Position numbers and translations under genes: made by a program | Part shown: positions 41,021 through 54,400 of the stretch, one piece after another | Numbering within the stretch: the first letter of the stretch is position 1 | Layout of the letters: every line of letters begins with the position of its first letter | Source of the DNA: Antedon mediterranea | Taxonomy: Eukaryota > Animalia > Echinodermata | NCBI RefSeq assembly: GCF_964355755.1 | Contig: NC_092675.1 | Location: 7,125,812 to 7,189,811 of the forward strand | Reading direction: 5' to 3' | DNA: 64,000 nt | The notes under the pieces: model-generated | Database searches by the model: none | Told to the model about the DNA's origin: nothing | The model's input: the letters and a program-made list of their open reading frames with translations, nothing else

Positions 41021-41614
41021 AGGCCAGGTGCGGGCAAAAAATTTCTATTGATCATACCTTCCAATAATTATCGATCTATAGTTTCCCCTATGTTTCATAA
41101 TTTTTGGGATTTTACTTGTGTTACACGAGTTTGTTGAAAATAAGCACTTTCTTATCAGTGGGGGGATAGTTTAAATTACACAGTAAAATCTCTATTCGTT
41201 TAAACACACATTTTGTAAATAGAGAGGCATTTTAAAAAGCTATGAAAAATAAACGGTGTGGTAAAAAATGTTATCAGATGACTAAATATATTTAATATAA
41301 CTTGAATATTACATTTCTGATATTTTTATTCAACTTCAGATTTTTATTTTCATGCTATAGCAAAAATTATCCACCGTATATCCACCATCTTTTTTCACCG
41401 TCTAGGGAGTCACCAGACATGTTATTACATTAGGTTAACTACCTAACTACTGAAAAAAAGTCTTCCTGGTTTTTATGGAAGAATTTTGCCAAATTTTGTA
41501 TTTGACCATATTAAGTGAAATTCATGTTTTTTCGTCTCGATTTCTGTTACAAATATTTGATTTATGTACAATTAACCAAATATTAAATTTAAAATTCATG
41601 CCTGTACCTGAGCT
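41021..41614. mobile_element. TTAA-flanked non-autonomous DNA transposon (Kolobok-like)
   Basis: TTAA|aggccaggtgcgggca ... tgcctgtacctgagct|TTAA imperfect TIRs. Confidence 0.6.
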
Positions 41615-42682
41615 TTAACACTAAGCAGCTTGGTACAAACTTTTTAACTTGTTACTATTTTATTATGTTAGTTATTAAGCTCCACACTATCACACATTAT
41701 GTGACAATAAACGTATAGTGTAGGCAGTGACGTATAGCGAGCCACGTACTCACGAGCGGCGGCGGCAATCAGTTTGAGAAAACTCGTTTGAAGGAGTTTA
41801 AATACTAATTCATAAATGTCACGTCTTTTCTATACTTCGTGGCTTGATAATCTGTCGTACCAGTATTATAACTTCAAAACAAGTTGTGCTGCTGGTGCGT
41901 TATAGGCTAATATCCATAAGAATATCACGAGGGGAAGGGAGGGCGTGTATTCATGAAAATACAACATTAGATTTGTGTTTTCCTCTCGACAAAACAAAGT
42001 GAATGTTTTGAAATACTGTAAACATGTGAAGGCGTTTACAGTGCATTGACTCTATTCAAGACACCCAAGTCTATAAATTAGGTCCAATTTTCGAAATTCA
42101 TTCATTCGAAATTTATATCACGGTAAGAAAAAACAGATTTAGGAGGGGTAGGCCTACTGTACAAATAAACACACTTTTAAAAATAAAGTATTTGCCAGTG
42201 CATTATTTATTAATTATGTGCAATTAAAATACATAAAAATGTGCAATATAATGGTATTTTTTCGATATTCAACCGTTGCACCATTAATATAAGTAAGTAT
42301 ATAAGAAAGATATATTTTCCAAAAACGAATAAAAATGTCTAAATGAAGAGCATATAGGCCTAAAGTCATAATAACACGAATAGTATAACGTCATAATAAC
42401 ACGAATGGTATATAAAGTCATAATAACACGAATGATATATAAAGTCATAATAAAATGAATGATATATAAAGTAATAATAACACGAATGGTATATAAAGTC
42501 ATAATATCACGAATGGTATATAAAGTCATAATATCACGAATGGTATATAAAGTCGTAATAATACGAATGGTGTATAAAGTCATAATAACACGAATGATAT
42601 ATAAAGTCATAATAACACGAATGGTATATAAAGTAATAATAACACGAATGCTATATATAGTCATAATATCACGAATGCTATA

Positions 42683-43896
42683 TTATACAAATAATGAATG
42701 TTTATGAGTGTAGGCCTAATGGTACAAATAATGGCACGAGGTGAATGATGAAAGGTTATATTTCAACGAGGCGATGAGCCGAGTTGAAATATAACCTTTA
42801 ATCATTCACCAAGTGCCATTATTTGTACCATTACACGAATACAAAACATTCATTATTTGTTTTATATAATATCTAAATAAATTCTTGTAATTTGAATCAA
42901 ATAAAAGGTAGCCCTAGCCAAAGCCTACTAGACTACTACATTTCATTCACATTGATTAAAAACAGTAACATTTGGTTTTTAATAATTTTATATTAAATGT
43001 TATATTCATATGGATTTCGTAAACACACCTACTTTTGTGTTAATTATGTCAACAAACGACCAAACAATCCTAGGCCTAGCAAGGCTAAAACGCCTAGGCT
43101 AGGCCTAGCCTAATACTAGCATGGCCTAGGCTAGACCTAGTAGCCTAGGGCTAGTACTAGCTTGGCTGAAAGGCAAAACTTCGACAGACAATTGGAACTT
43201 ATCTAAGCTAATTATGGTTTTTCCAACAATTCCACGTCTTGTAGGGATGTCCCCATTAATTAATCAAAATCCTAAAAACGATCTAAAGCTAATTTAAATG
43301 CCTTTTTGAATGAAAATAATACATAATGTCCAAATCATACACAAATATCTGCTGCTGTTGCATATCTCGCGCGCGGTGGTGTTTACAAATGAAACTGAGA
43401 CCAGACGACAGGTGGCGCTGTTGTATTTCACAGTACAGAGCCATATCATAGGGTATGTGTTTTTTTTTACTTTTTTTACTTTTTTACTTTTCTGTTAATT
43501 GTTATATTTTATATTGTGAAGGATGCACCTTTGTGCTAAGTGTGCCACCAATCTAAAGGTGTAATTCCAAATAAATAAATAAAATAAATAAAATATTGTG
43601 TACTAGATTTTTTTTTCATCCGCGAAACGTTTTTTTTTCGTACACAAAATGTTTAAAAGAAAAACGAAACTGAGGCCAGACGACAGGTGGCGCTGTTGTA
43701 TTTCACAGTACAGAGCCATATAATAGGATAATTTGTGTACTAGATTTTTTTTCATCCGCGAGACGTTTTTTTTTTCGTACACAAAAATGTTTCAAAAAGT
43801 ACTATTAAACGATCGTTTAATAGTGCGTACTATTGAACGCCATGTGACCCACAGTCGTTCAATCAAATGACAGGAATTTATTTAGGTGTTATATAA
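42683..43896. mobile_element. Non-autonomous element with a long terminal hairpin and asymmetric inverted repeat
   Basis: About 175-bp imperfect palindrome at 42687-42862. The subterminal ttatataatatctaaataaattcttg is inverted at the right end (caggaatttatttaggtgttatataa). A second, truncated copy lies at 61049-61572. Confidence 0.75.
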
Positions 43897-44003
43897 AAAT
43901 TCATAATATTACGAATGGTGTATAAAGTCATAATAACACGAATGGTATATAAAGTCATAATAACACAAATGATATATAAAGTAATAATATCACGAATGGT
44001 ATA

Positions 44004-44948
44004 TTATACAGATATTGACTGCTTAGAGGTTAAATATAAGATTTGACATCCCCGAGGGAATGATATTAAGTTCGAGGGAATATATATTTCCCGAAGCGCC
44101 AGCTGAGGGAAATATATATTCCCCGAGAACTTAATATCATTCCCGAGGGGATGTCAAATCTTATATTTAACCGATATAAAAGGCAATATCTGTTATATTA
44201 TATAGCCAAGAACAAGTCTGCTGGGTTGGGTGAAGCTAGGCTAGGCCTCCTATAGTATTTGTATTGTATTTAAAACAAGCCTGCCTAGACACCTTACCTT
44301 GCGAAGAATAATATACAGATAATTACTAATTAATGATTCCTTGGCAATAAAATATTCACTTAGGCCTAGGTCGTTTAAATTAACAGAAGAATTTCCATCA
44401 ATAAGCCTATTAATAATAATATTATAATCAGGTAGGCCGAATAAACAATTCGTCTTCTCTCGATCTTCGAGGAGCCGAATCACCGGATGTTCAGCGCGTA
44501 CTAGTTACTAGGTTACTACCGTGAGTATTGACCAATCACAAACGGTGTTTCATCACATTTAGGGTGGACTTATAACAAATGAGGGCGCTATGTATGGATA
44601 GCTTAAATAGTTTAGAAGATTAATTTCTTCAAGCAAATTCCGTGGCCCAGCGGGTGAAACGTTGTCTTGCGATGGAGTGACAATTCCACCCGAGTTCAAG
44701 ATCGAGTAGATGACTTTTGTTTATTTATCGGCAAACTCGAGTGTTGCACACGAAAATTACACAGTCAATATCATCGTACTCGAGAATTTATATGATTAAT
44801 GACAGGGGACACGATTATTACGCGAAAATTACACAGTCAATATCATCGTTCTCGAGGATATATACGATTTACGATCCTCGCAGCGGTAGTCATGTGATGC
44901 AGTTTCAACCAATCACGTTCGCGTATTTATATAGGCTATGTAATATAA
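44004..44948. mobile_element. Second family of hairpin / asymmetric-TIR non-autonomous element
   Basis: About 185-bp palindrome at 44009-44192; ttatattatatagcc is inverted at the right end (ggctatgtaatataa). Confidence 0.7.
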
Positions 44949-45440
44949 AGTCATAATAACAGGAATGCTATATAAAGTCATAATAACACGAATGATATAT
45001 AAAGTCATAATGACACAAATGATATATAAAGTCAAAATAACACGAATGATATATAAAGTCATAATGACACAAATGATATATAAAGTCATAATAACACGAA
45101 TGCTGTATAAAGTCAATAACACGAATAGCGTATAAAGTCATAATACAAATGGTACATATAAAGTCATCCATAATAATATGAATGGTGTATAAAGTCATAA
45201 TAACACGAATAGCGTATAAAGTAATAATACAAATGGTACATATACATTTATAATAACACGAATGGTATAAAGTCATAGTAACACGAATCTATATATAAAT
45301 TCATAGTAGCACGAATAGTATATATTATAATAAGGTCATTTAAAGAATACAATTCTTTTTTAATAGGCATGTTCTGTAAGTATACCTATTTACTATCGTT
45401 CTAACAACTATTTTGCCAAGTAAAAAACAACCTTCAACAC

Positions 45441-48400
45441 TTATTTCTTATAAACAGTTGGATTTTCATACAAATGACAGTGTCCAATGTATGCTGAAAT
45501 AATCTCATAGCAAAAACTGTACTGGTCCTGAAAAAAGCATAATAAAATCGAAATAATGAATGAATATCCTGATAATGAAAACAATATTTTTGTAAATGGT
45601 ATTTCTAAAATATCTTAATAATATCATATCACTATATATTTAGTTTAACACTATATACAGCAATATATTGTAATTAGTTTGTATTGAGCATTACAACAAC
45701 AAAGTACAGCAATATGTATTATATTAAAAAAAGAAAGAATATTAATATATTAGGCCTATAAGGGAAAACTAGTATAGACACCATTAGCAAACGAAATATA
45801 AAATGACCATGGAGGAATTTAAACTAATGACAAAGGATGAAACTTCAGTCTATAAATTGTTTAAACCTGTTTGGTAATTAAATCAGAAAAATACGTCGCT
45901 GCCTCGAAACACTACTGAAACTGGACCTAGTGAGAATACTCGAAACTACCACCATTTTCTTAAGCCTCCAAAATTCGTAGGCGTGCTAAATGCATTGAAC
46001 GAGACATTTTCAGTTTGTGAGGACGGTTTAAAATAAAATAAAATAAACTTACAATATTTTGTACTAAACCTGGTCTCTTTGTCCGCATTTTTTTAACCGT
46101 TTGAAAGACATCAATGATATTTTCCAATTTCATGCTTTCAACAATTTCTATTATTGTGCAGAAGATTCCGGTTCTACCAACACCATTGCTACAAACAAGA
46201 AAAAAGACACAAACTAAATTAATTTCAATGTGTAAAGTAAAAAAGGTGCATTATTGGTATACATCAACGTTATATTGTTCACATACAACTAAATGTTTTG
46301 TATGATTAAATACTGCGCCTTGTAAAGTTTGTGAGAAGATCAATAATGGAGGTCATACCTGCAATAAACAGCTACTAAACTAATTTCAATGTGTAAAGTG
46401 AAAAAGGTGCATTATTGGTATACACCAATGTTATATTGTTAACATACAACTAAATGTTGTGTATGATGAAATACTGCGCCTTGTATAGTTTGTGAGAAGA
46501 TCAATAATGGAGGTCTTACCTGCAATGAACAGCTATTGGATGACTGCCATGATGATATTCATGTTGGTTCTTATCAACCAGCTCCAGCACCTCTAATAAG
46601 TTTATGGGATTTTCTGGAATGTCTTGGCTAGTTGGCCATCCATGTACTTGATACATCGATACTGTAGACATATCATCCTGAACCATAGTTGTAGAAACAA
46701 GTATTATAGCATTTAATTTGTGTATAGTTTAACCTATCATTAAGATTAAACTTTACCAAAAGTAATGGAATTGAAGTTAACAAGTATAAACACATATCAA
46801 ATGGCTTACCGGCTTGTAATTGTTAGTGATGCTGAATTCTCTAATAGTAATTGCTCCTTTTGATTGATTTGATGTTAAAGTAACAACTAAATGACCATAT
46901 TGTTCAGTAGCACCTTCTTCATCCATCCAATACTTAGCATAAGACTATAAATGAATTATAAATATGAATAATTTAATTAGTTGAGATAATAATCTATTGA
47001 ACAAATTTGAAAACATGCTTATAAGTCTGGTGTCGCGAATCGCGAATGCTGCAGTGTTCGCCACTTTTTCACGCCAACATTCTCTGTCCAGAGAGCTGAT
47101 GATGATACTTCTACCAATCATGATCCAATCCATTTCATTTGCCCATGATGTTGCTTGACGTCCTCGTGGTCATTTTTTAGTAGTTGTTATATATAAGCAG
47201 CAGCCACTAGGCTATAGTAAAACATGGGTTATTAGGAGAACATAATATTGAGAAAATATTCAAAATTCTTACCGGATCATTTAAATCCATTTCATTGAGC
47301 ATGACAACAGAACGAACGTTCCAGTCAAATAGCAAACGCCACATATCTTCAACAGTGTTAGGTAAAGGCATCTGAGTTGCTATAAACTTATTGTTCTTCT
47401 TGTAACCCTGCAATTTTAATAAGTAGATGCTTTTTTATTCTATGTATCACTTTGTGCTGTAGATCTGTATTAACTATATTAATTTTATATGTTTTCTTAC
47501 ATTGACAAAAGACGCATTGATATATGCATTTCCTCCAGTAGAACTCTGTGTCAGCAAATATGGACGATAACGATCAACTAGAAAAAAAAGACCCCACATC
47601 GTTAAGGCCAATTTACACAGACGAGCGGTACCGGTAAGCGGAAAACTGCGTAGTTTGTCCACGTAGAATCTGTACGGGCGGTTTCCGCCCTGCGTTGTGT
47701 GTAAATGGTCATAGGGAATAAAATAGATTCTACAGTTTTATTATCGTTACCACTCGTCTGTGTAAATTGGCCTTTATGCCTATTGGTTTGGAAAAAGCAT
47801 AATGGAATTTCTCATTTAGGTCGAAAAAATGCTGATATCGTTTTTAAAATTGAACATTACTACAGGAAACTTACCTTTATTTGGAAACCAGGCATATGAC
47901 ATTTAGGAATTTGTATAATACTACACAAGCTATACAGTAGAGAGTCAGTTTGGTATGATTTTCTCCGAAATATACTTACTTGGTACAACGTCAGAGAAAC
48001 GATTCTTGTTTTCGTTCTCTGGTAATAGTGCCGTTTTACAGTGATCCATTGCAGGATGAGGAGTCACAAGTTGTAGAATCTGAAAAAATAACACTTTATA
48101 AACACAAGTTTCTGGCTTGCCAAACACAAGTTTATCTTGGTTTTTTCTTTTGATTTTACTTTTTGGGACCTTGCCACTTTCAAAACTCAAAAAAATATAT
48201 TACCATTTTTTAAGACACTTCTTTCTTTTCCAATCTGTTTTTCTCATAAAATATTTGTAAATTAAAAGAAATGTTCTTTTTTTGAAAGAAATAAATGTTA
48301 ACTTGAATTGAATTGAAACATTACATTGACTTATTATTCAACCAACCTCAAACTCCTTATTCAAATAAGACGTATTGGTCTGCGGATTAATACGCTTTAA

Positions 48401-51400
48401 TTCAGAGTGACGTTCTTGGAAATTACTTGCATTCATAGCAGTATCCTCACAAAAGCTGTATTCCAATAGGACATCATAGATAAACACATATTGATCCTGA
48501 AAATAATGATAATAATATGATAATAACGTATTAAACAATGTGTTTGATTTTTATCTACTACTACTATAGTGTTTCATTTCACTAAAAATGTTTACAACAA
48601 CAAAAAGTAGAAAATAGATGTGTATGTCTTTTGTTGTTTATTATAAATTACGTGGGTCTACACATAATATAAATCTACGTTAATGTATAATAATATATGT
48701 ATTATGTTTTATTAACATTTGCTTTATTAACTGAAAAAGCTACAAAGCATGATTTAGTTGACTACGACCTGTATTTCATTACACTAAGTTTACTTTTAAA
48801 ACATGTAATAGGAAGATTGTGTATCACTACTATTTCTAAAATTATTTTAAACTTACAGGTGTGTACACCATGTTGATTCGTTGGTCTCTTAGTTTACGTA
48901 CATAGTTGTAAACGTCAACCTTTTGTTCTTTATTAACCATTTCCATCATACTGTTGATAGCAATAAATGTTCCTGTGCTTCCAACACCGGCACTAAATAT
49001 TTAAAAAATTAGTTCAGGAGGATGGTTATACAATTCTGTTTCTCGCACATTGATTTATAGTTTTTTAGTATATTTTTTTTTCATAAAAGCCTTGTAAAAT
49101 GAATGTAAGGAAAAGGGGTTTAATTGGTATAGGATTTTCTTTGATGTTTTAAATGTTATAATATATATATTTATCATGCAAGTGCAACTTGTTATTAATA
49201 AAATAAGTACCTGCAATGAACCAAGAGAGGAGCTGGAGCATCCGTGGCACTGCACTTTACCTCTTTGATAAATCTTAGTACAGCATTCGCAGAAGGTGGC
49301 ACGCCCATATCTGGCCAAGTTGTGAAATGAAATTGCTTGATGCATCTGTAGTCAACTTCCTGAATAGAAATACATAATAGAGTTTATGCCTGAACCTTGT
49401 AATATATTCTTAGATCTTTGGACATCGTTTATATACGGTAAATCAGCAGACTTCATTACAAACTATATACATGTATAATCAGACAAAATTACAGATATAC
49501 AAATAAAATCTATAGAACTGTTTATTTGATTACAAAGATAAATATATAGATTTAAGTCCCAACATATAATAGGATTAGAAAAACATAAATAAAAATACGA
49601 ATACAACGCCACGTAGTTTATCCCAGTAGACAAGCCCTAATTTACTTAATGAAATAATAATAATAATGAAATACTTGATCATTAGAGGCTTGTACTATTT
49701 AAAAACATATATTAATTGACTTATGATTTATTCTGGTAAATTACCATTTTAATCATAAGATCAGTATGATTAGTATACAATATCGTTACGATACATACGT
49801 CTTTCCAAACTTTCAAGTACCGAATCTTGTGGTCTGCATAGCCTTCAATGGCATCTAGAAGAACGTTAAATTCTCCATACTCAGCTACAGGACCCATGTT
49901 ATCCTGCCAATATTTCTCACAGACTTTCTGAAAGTAATGATTTTACATACATATGTTGATAGATTAGATGTAATTAATGATTGACTAAGAGTATTTACTG
50001 ATTTCTGAATTGTTGTTTAATCACAAACCATTGTAGCAGAATAACGCATTTACTTTGGTGACTCAGTGTCTTTTATTTTGTATTTTATTTTATAAATTAA
50101 TTAATAATTTTCATTAAATAGGCCTAAAAGTATTTTACTATACTTGATTCATAGCAACTAAAAAACAAAAACATAATCGATCTTCAATCAGATGAGAGAA
50201 TTACCTTATCCGATTCAATATTACTCAACATCACAATATTTTCGATATTCTCTTGCCAAATCATACGCCAAAAGTCAGTCAACGAAACCTTATTTGGTCC
50301 TGAAATGAAATAGCACAAATAGCAATACTGGTTAATTGATATAGGCTCCAGTGTATGTTTGAATAATCCACATTGCATGCAACAACAATATAAGATTAAG
50401 ATAAAATTAAGAATTCAAAATGTTTTTTAATTAATTATGATATATAAAAGCAAAATATATATTTATAATGAATAATAGTAATTTTAATCATATTTTAAAA
50501 CTTACCCTGACTTGCAATGTAAACATTATTCCGCTTGTATCCCTAGAAAAATAAAAAATTATAATGGTTAATACAGTTACAATATACTGACAGAGGAAGG
50601 ACATTCTGGTATATTAATGGTTATAATATATTGGAACCTTTCGACAAAGATAAGCAATTGAACATGGTCTACATTATGTTCAGCATGCTTTATCTTGGAC
50701 ATTACAAGCGAAGAAATTGAAAAGTTTACTGAAGCCCTTACTCTGGAAAAAGAGTGTTTGTAAGGCATTACTTACATGTACATAACAAGCGTTAATGTAT
50801 CCAGATTCTGTGCCATTTCCTTCAAGAGTGACTCTCGAGTGATCATCTTTAAGTAAAAAGTTCAACAAAAGTAGATGTTTACAAGAGTAATATACTGTAT
50901 CTCTGGTAGATTTTCCTTTCCCTGGAATTAGCCATCCCATTCCTCCTTTCCCAACCAACACACTACGTACAGTAGCAGTAAAAAATTGCTAAAAAATATA
51001 TACTTACAGGCAAAGATGTTTTTAAATCGATTCTTTGAGCTGTTTGATGGTTGTGAAGCTACTTCCCATGGATGAGTCTGTCCTTTTGGAAGAGTCTATT
51101 AAAATAAAACAACCAGAACTAAATAAACAGAAGATACATATATAGGTTACTATACTGATAATAAATAAGTTTATAGTATTAAAATCTTGTAAAAAAATCC
51201 AACATACCCCATATTCTTTTAGAAGACCATCCAGTAGATTCAATCGCTTCTTCGCAACAAAATCTGGGAGATCATTTATGCAAATTGGTTGCATGGTTTT
51301 AACGTTCTCATACAATCTTTCGTCAAAGTTTTCAGATACTTCGGGAATAAATGATAAGTTCCTAGCTTCCAATTCAATAGCTTCATACATTGAGTCTTCA

Positions 51401-54400
51401 ATAGGTTTTCTTAAACATTCGTAGGATTGGCTATTTTCTGTCATATAATATAAATAAAGTGAATGTGCAGACGTGATGTGATTGTCACTAAAGTTGAAAT
51501 ATTGTTGTCGATTATTCTACAGTACTGTCTTTATCTTTATACCACGTCTGTTTCAACTACCCATGGCCATAACAAGAATGCTATTTTAAGAGTGAAGTGT
51601 GATTTTTAAAAAGGTAACATTTAATAAATATCAGTTAGATATAAAAATAGAACATAATTAGTAGATCTGGGAATTACTTGTGTGATCATAATACAATAAG
51701 ACAGAAGCTTTGCAAAATAAAACAAAAGGAGCTTCTAAAACTGCAACAGAAGTGAACCTATGTTGAATCTTGCTATACAATAATAATAAAAAACAGTTAT
51801 TACAGTGACACATTCGGGAACTAGCAAAGTCAACATCTTAAGCCGTAAAGTGTTAAAACGTGTTTTGCCCCTTATTCGTTTCATGAATGTGTACTTTTAG
51901 TAGGAGTGTCCCTGAACAGGACTGTCCCGGGGTAAAAGAATGGATTCTATTTTATTATTAGGCCTTATGATCCTATGAATATGCAATTATTCATTGTTGC
52001 CTGTACCTGAAATATCATTTTTTGAATCATTTCTCTTTCTTGCGTATTGCATATATGTATCTTCTTTTTTAGAAGACCGTTTGCGAATTCTGAAATTAAA
52101 AATGTCATTCTGATTTGAGATGATACAAAAAAATTATAACAATTTTAGGAAATATTATAATCATACAGTAAAAACTTTCAAATTCATATTATAAAAAATG
52201 TTTTCACTATCAATCAATATCAGTAGACCAATGATACTATTTCGTACAAGTCAACCAAATATATATAGTCAAAACATTTTACTTTGGATTCGATTAGTAT
52301 TGAGATATTTCATTAATTGTAAACGATGACTGGTCTCCTAGGTTACACACCAACAAGATCTAGCCAGTGGCATTGTAACAACACACAACAATTGACGAAG
52401 TCTAGCTGAAAGCTTGACGAAACTGTTTTGAAACGTTAGTGTTTTGAAGAACAACAAAAGAATAATGAGGGTGCTATTGTATAGTGTGTAAAAGGCCGTT
52501 TTGGCGTGCCATAGATAGATAGAAAACAAAAGAAAATACCGACAGCGTGGTTGGTAAGACGTGTGCAAGTAAATGATAATAAAAATCAGAAAGTTCTTGG
52601 GGTTCTTGCGTATATATTATTATGGGCCTTTCTTCAGTAAGTTAGTTAGTTTACTGGTTTACAATTAATGAACTATATCTCAAAATATGTATAGCCATAC
52701 AATATCTACAGTGTTTTGTGTAATTATATATAATTATAAACATTATAAGATATATTATTATAAAAAAGAGCAAAAAGTGTAGCTAATTATTATTCTATAC
52801 AACAATCCTTACCGAATAATGCAGAAAATCAAAATAGCAGCAATAAAAAGGATAAATAGAATACCAATAACAGCACCAACTATTACCGAGTTCGAGCCAG
52901 ACTTAGGCCTATCTGTAATTGTAAACAGTATGAATATCACCATGACAACAGCTAGTTTTGGTAAGCAAATTTTGAATAAGCAATACATATGAATATGTAC
53001 AGTATTAAAAATTGTTTGTAAAATAATCCTGATCTATGCATTTATAAAATAGGCCTAATCAAAATGTTATATTTAATACCATTAACTGGTGCTTTAACAG
53101 CAGTTGTCGAGAAACTCCAATTTCCAACTCCAGCGCCATTGACAACTCTAGCCTGATTAATAATAAGCATCGGTATAAATGCAATAACATATTGTAAACA
53201 AAACAGCATGGTTCATACAATTCCACTTTAAAAGCAGGAAAACTAATGTATGAAAAACAATACAGTACAGCTTCTGGATAAATGCTACAAGATATACTCA
53301 AGCCCGGAAAGAAAGTTTAAACCTTTATCAACTACTGTAAGTTATATTGTATTATTACATCATTAATTTGCGAGTACAAAAATTATTACTTATTGTGAAC
53401 CGTACTTACACTAACTTGGTAATTTCCTGTGTCTAAATTTGGTATCCTATAGCCTTCAATATTGTCTTCACCTTCATTTAAAATAATTTGTTGAATACCC
53501 CATTCGTCATCTGAACTATATCTGACATCATATTGAATCATGTTTCCATAGAGATTGCGGGTAACCGAAGGAGACAGCCATACAGATACTACGAGATACG
53601 ATTGTTTGTGAGTTGCTTTGACTTCTGGAGCTGGAGGTTCTGAAAGGTGATACAAGTATATCCATTTCAAATTACATAAAAACTGACTAACCTAATAAAA
53701 AGAAAACAGCAACAGAAAAAGTAGAATAGAAAGAACATTTAAGTATGTATGTCCTATATATTCTTCTAGCCTGGTGTACTAGATTTATAATAAAGATGTT
53801 AATGCACATCACAGTACAATCATTCAGAATGTGTTGAGAAAGTTTGAATTTGATGAATAGGAAAGAGAAAAATCGATGATTAGCCACGGACATGAATATT
53901 AATTTCAACTTTATGTGTGTGTGTGTGGACTATTGTTGTTTGACATGTTGTATCAAATATTTAGTAGACACACACGTTCTTAAATATAGACTCAAACCCA
54001 CGACTTTTAAACGACTCTGGGTGTTTGAACCTAAGGCTTGTGTTGATACCAAGGGCTAACCCTCACGTTTTTCTAAATTAACAACAATATTCCGGTAGAC
54101 TGGTACTTCATAGTAGTATCAATATTACTATCACATTTGTGCAAAACCCACGGCTTACTTGAGATTCCAAGATGCAAAAATTAGTTATTACTTTTATATC
54201 ATCACATGTTCGATTAACTTAAATTAAGTTATAAAAAGAAACCAGACTGTATACAGAGAAAACTTACTTTCCTCAGGTGAATATTCAATTGTTATTGTTG
54301 GTACACCAACAAAGTCTTTGTTTGTTGCCATTACAGATATGGTGTATTCTGTGTATGTTTCAAGATCTTGTAATGTGTACGCTAATGTTTCAGTGGTGAG

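Larger units (their letters stand above)
42361..45325. repeat. 27-bp minisatellite (ataaagtcataataacacgaatggtat) in three blocks separated by two insertions
   Basis: Blocks at about 42361-42682, 43897-44003 and 44949-45325. The repeat explains the spurious 9-aa-periodic ORFs. Confidence 0.9.

Noticed and set aside
42284-45276. ORFs with 9-aa periodicity (MTLYIIRVI / MVYKVIITR), and a CRISPR-like look to the array
   Set aside because: They are translations of a 27-bp minisatellite. There are no unique spacers or cas genes, and the context is eukaryotic.
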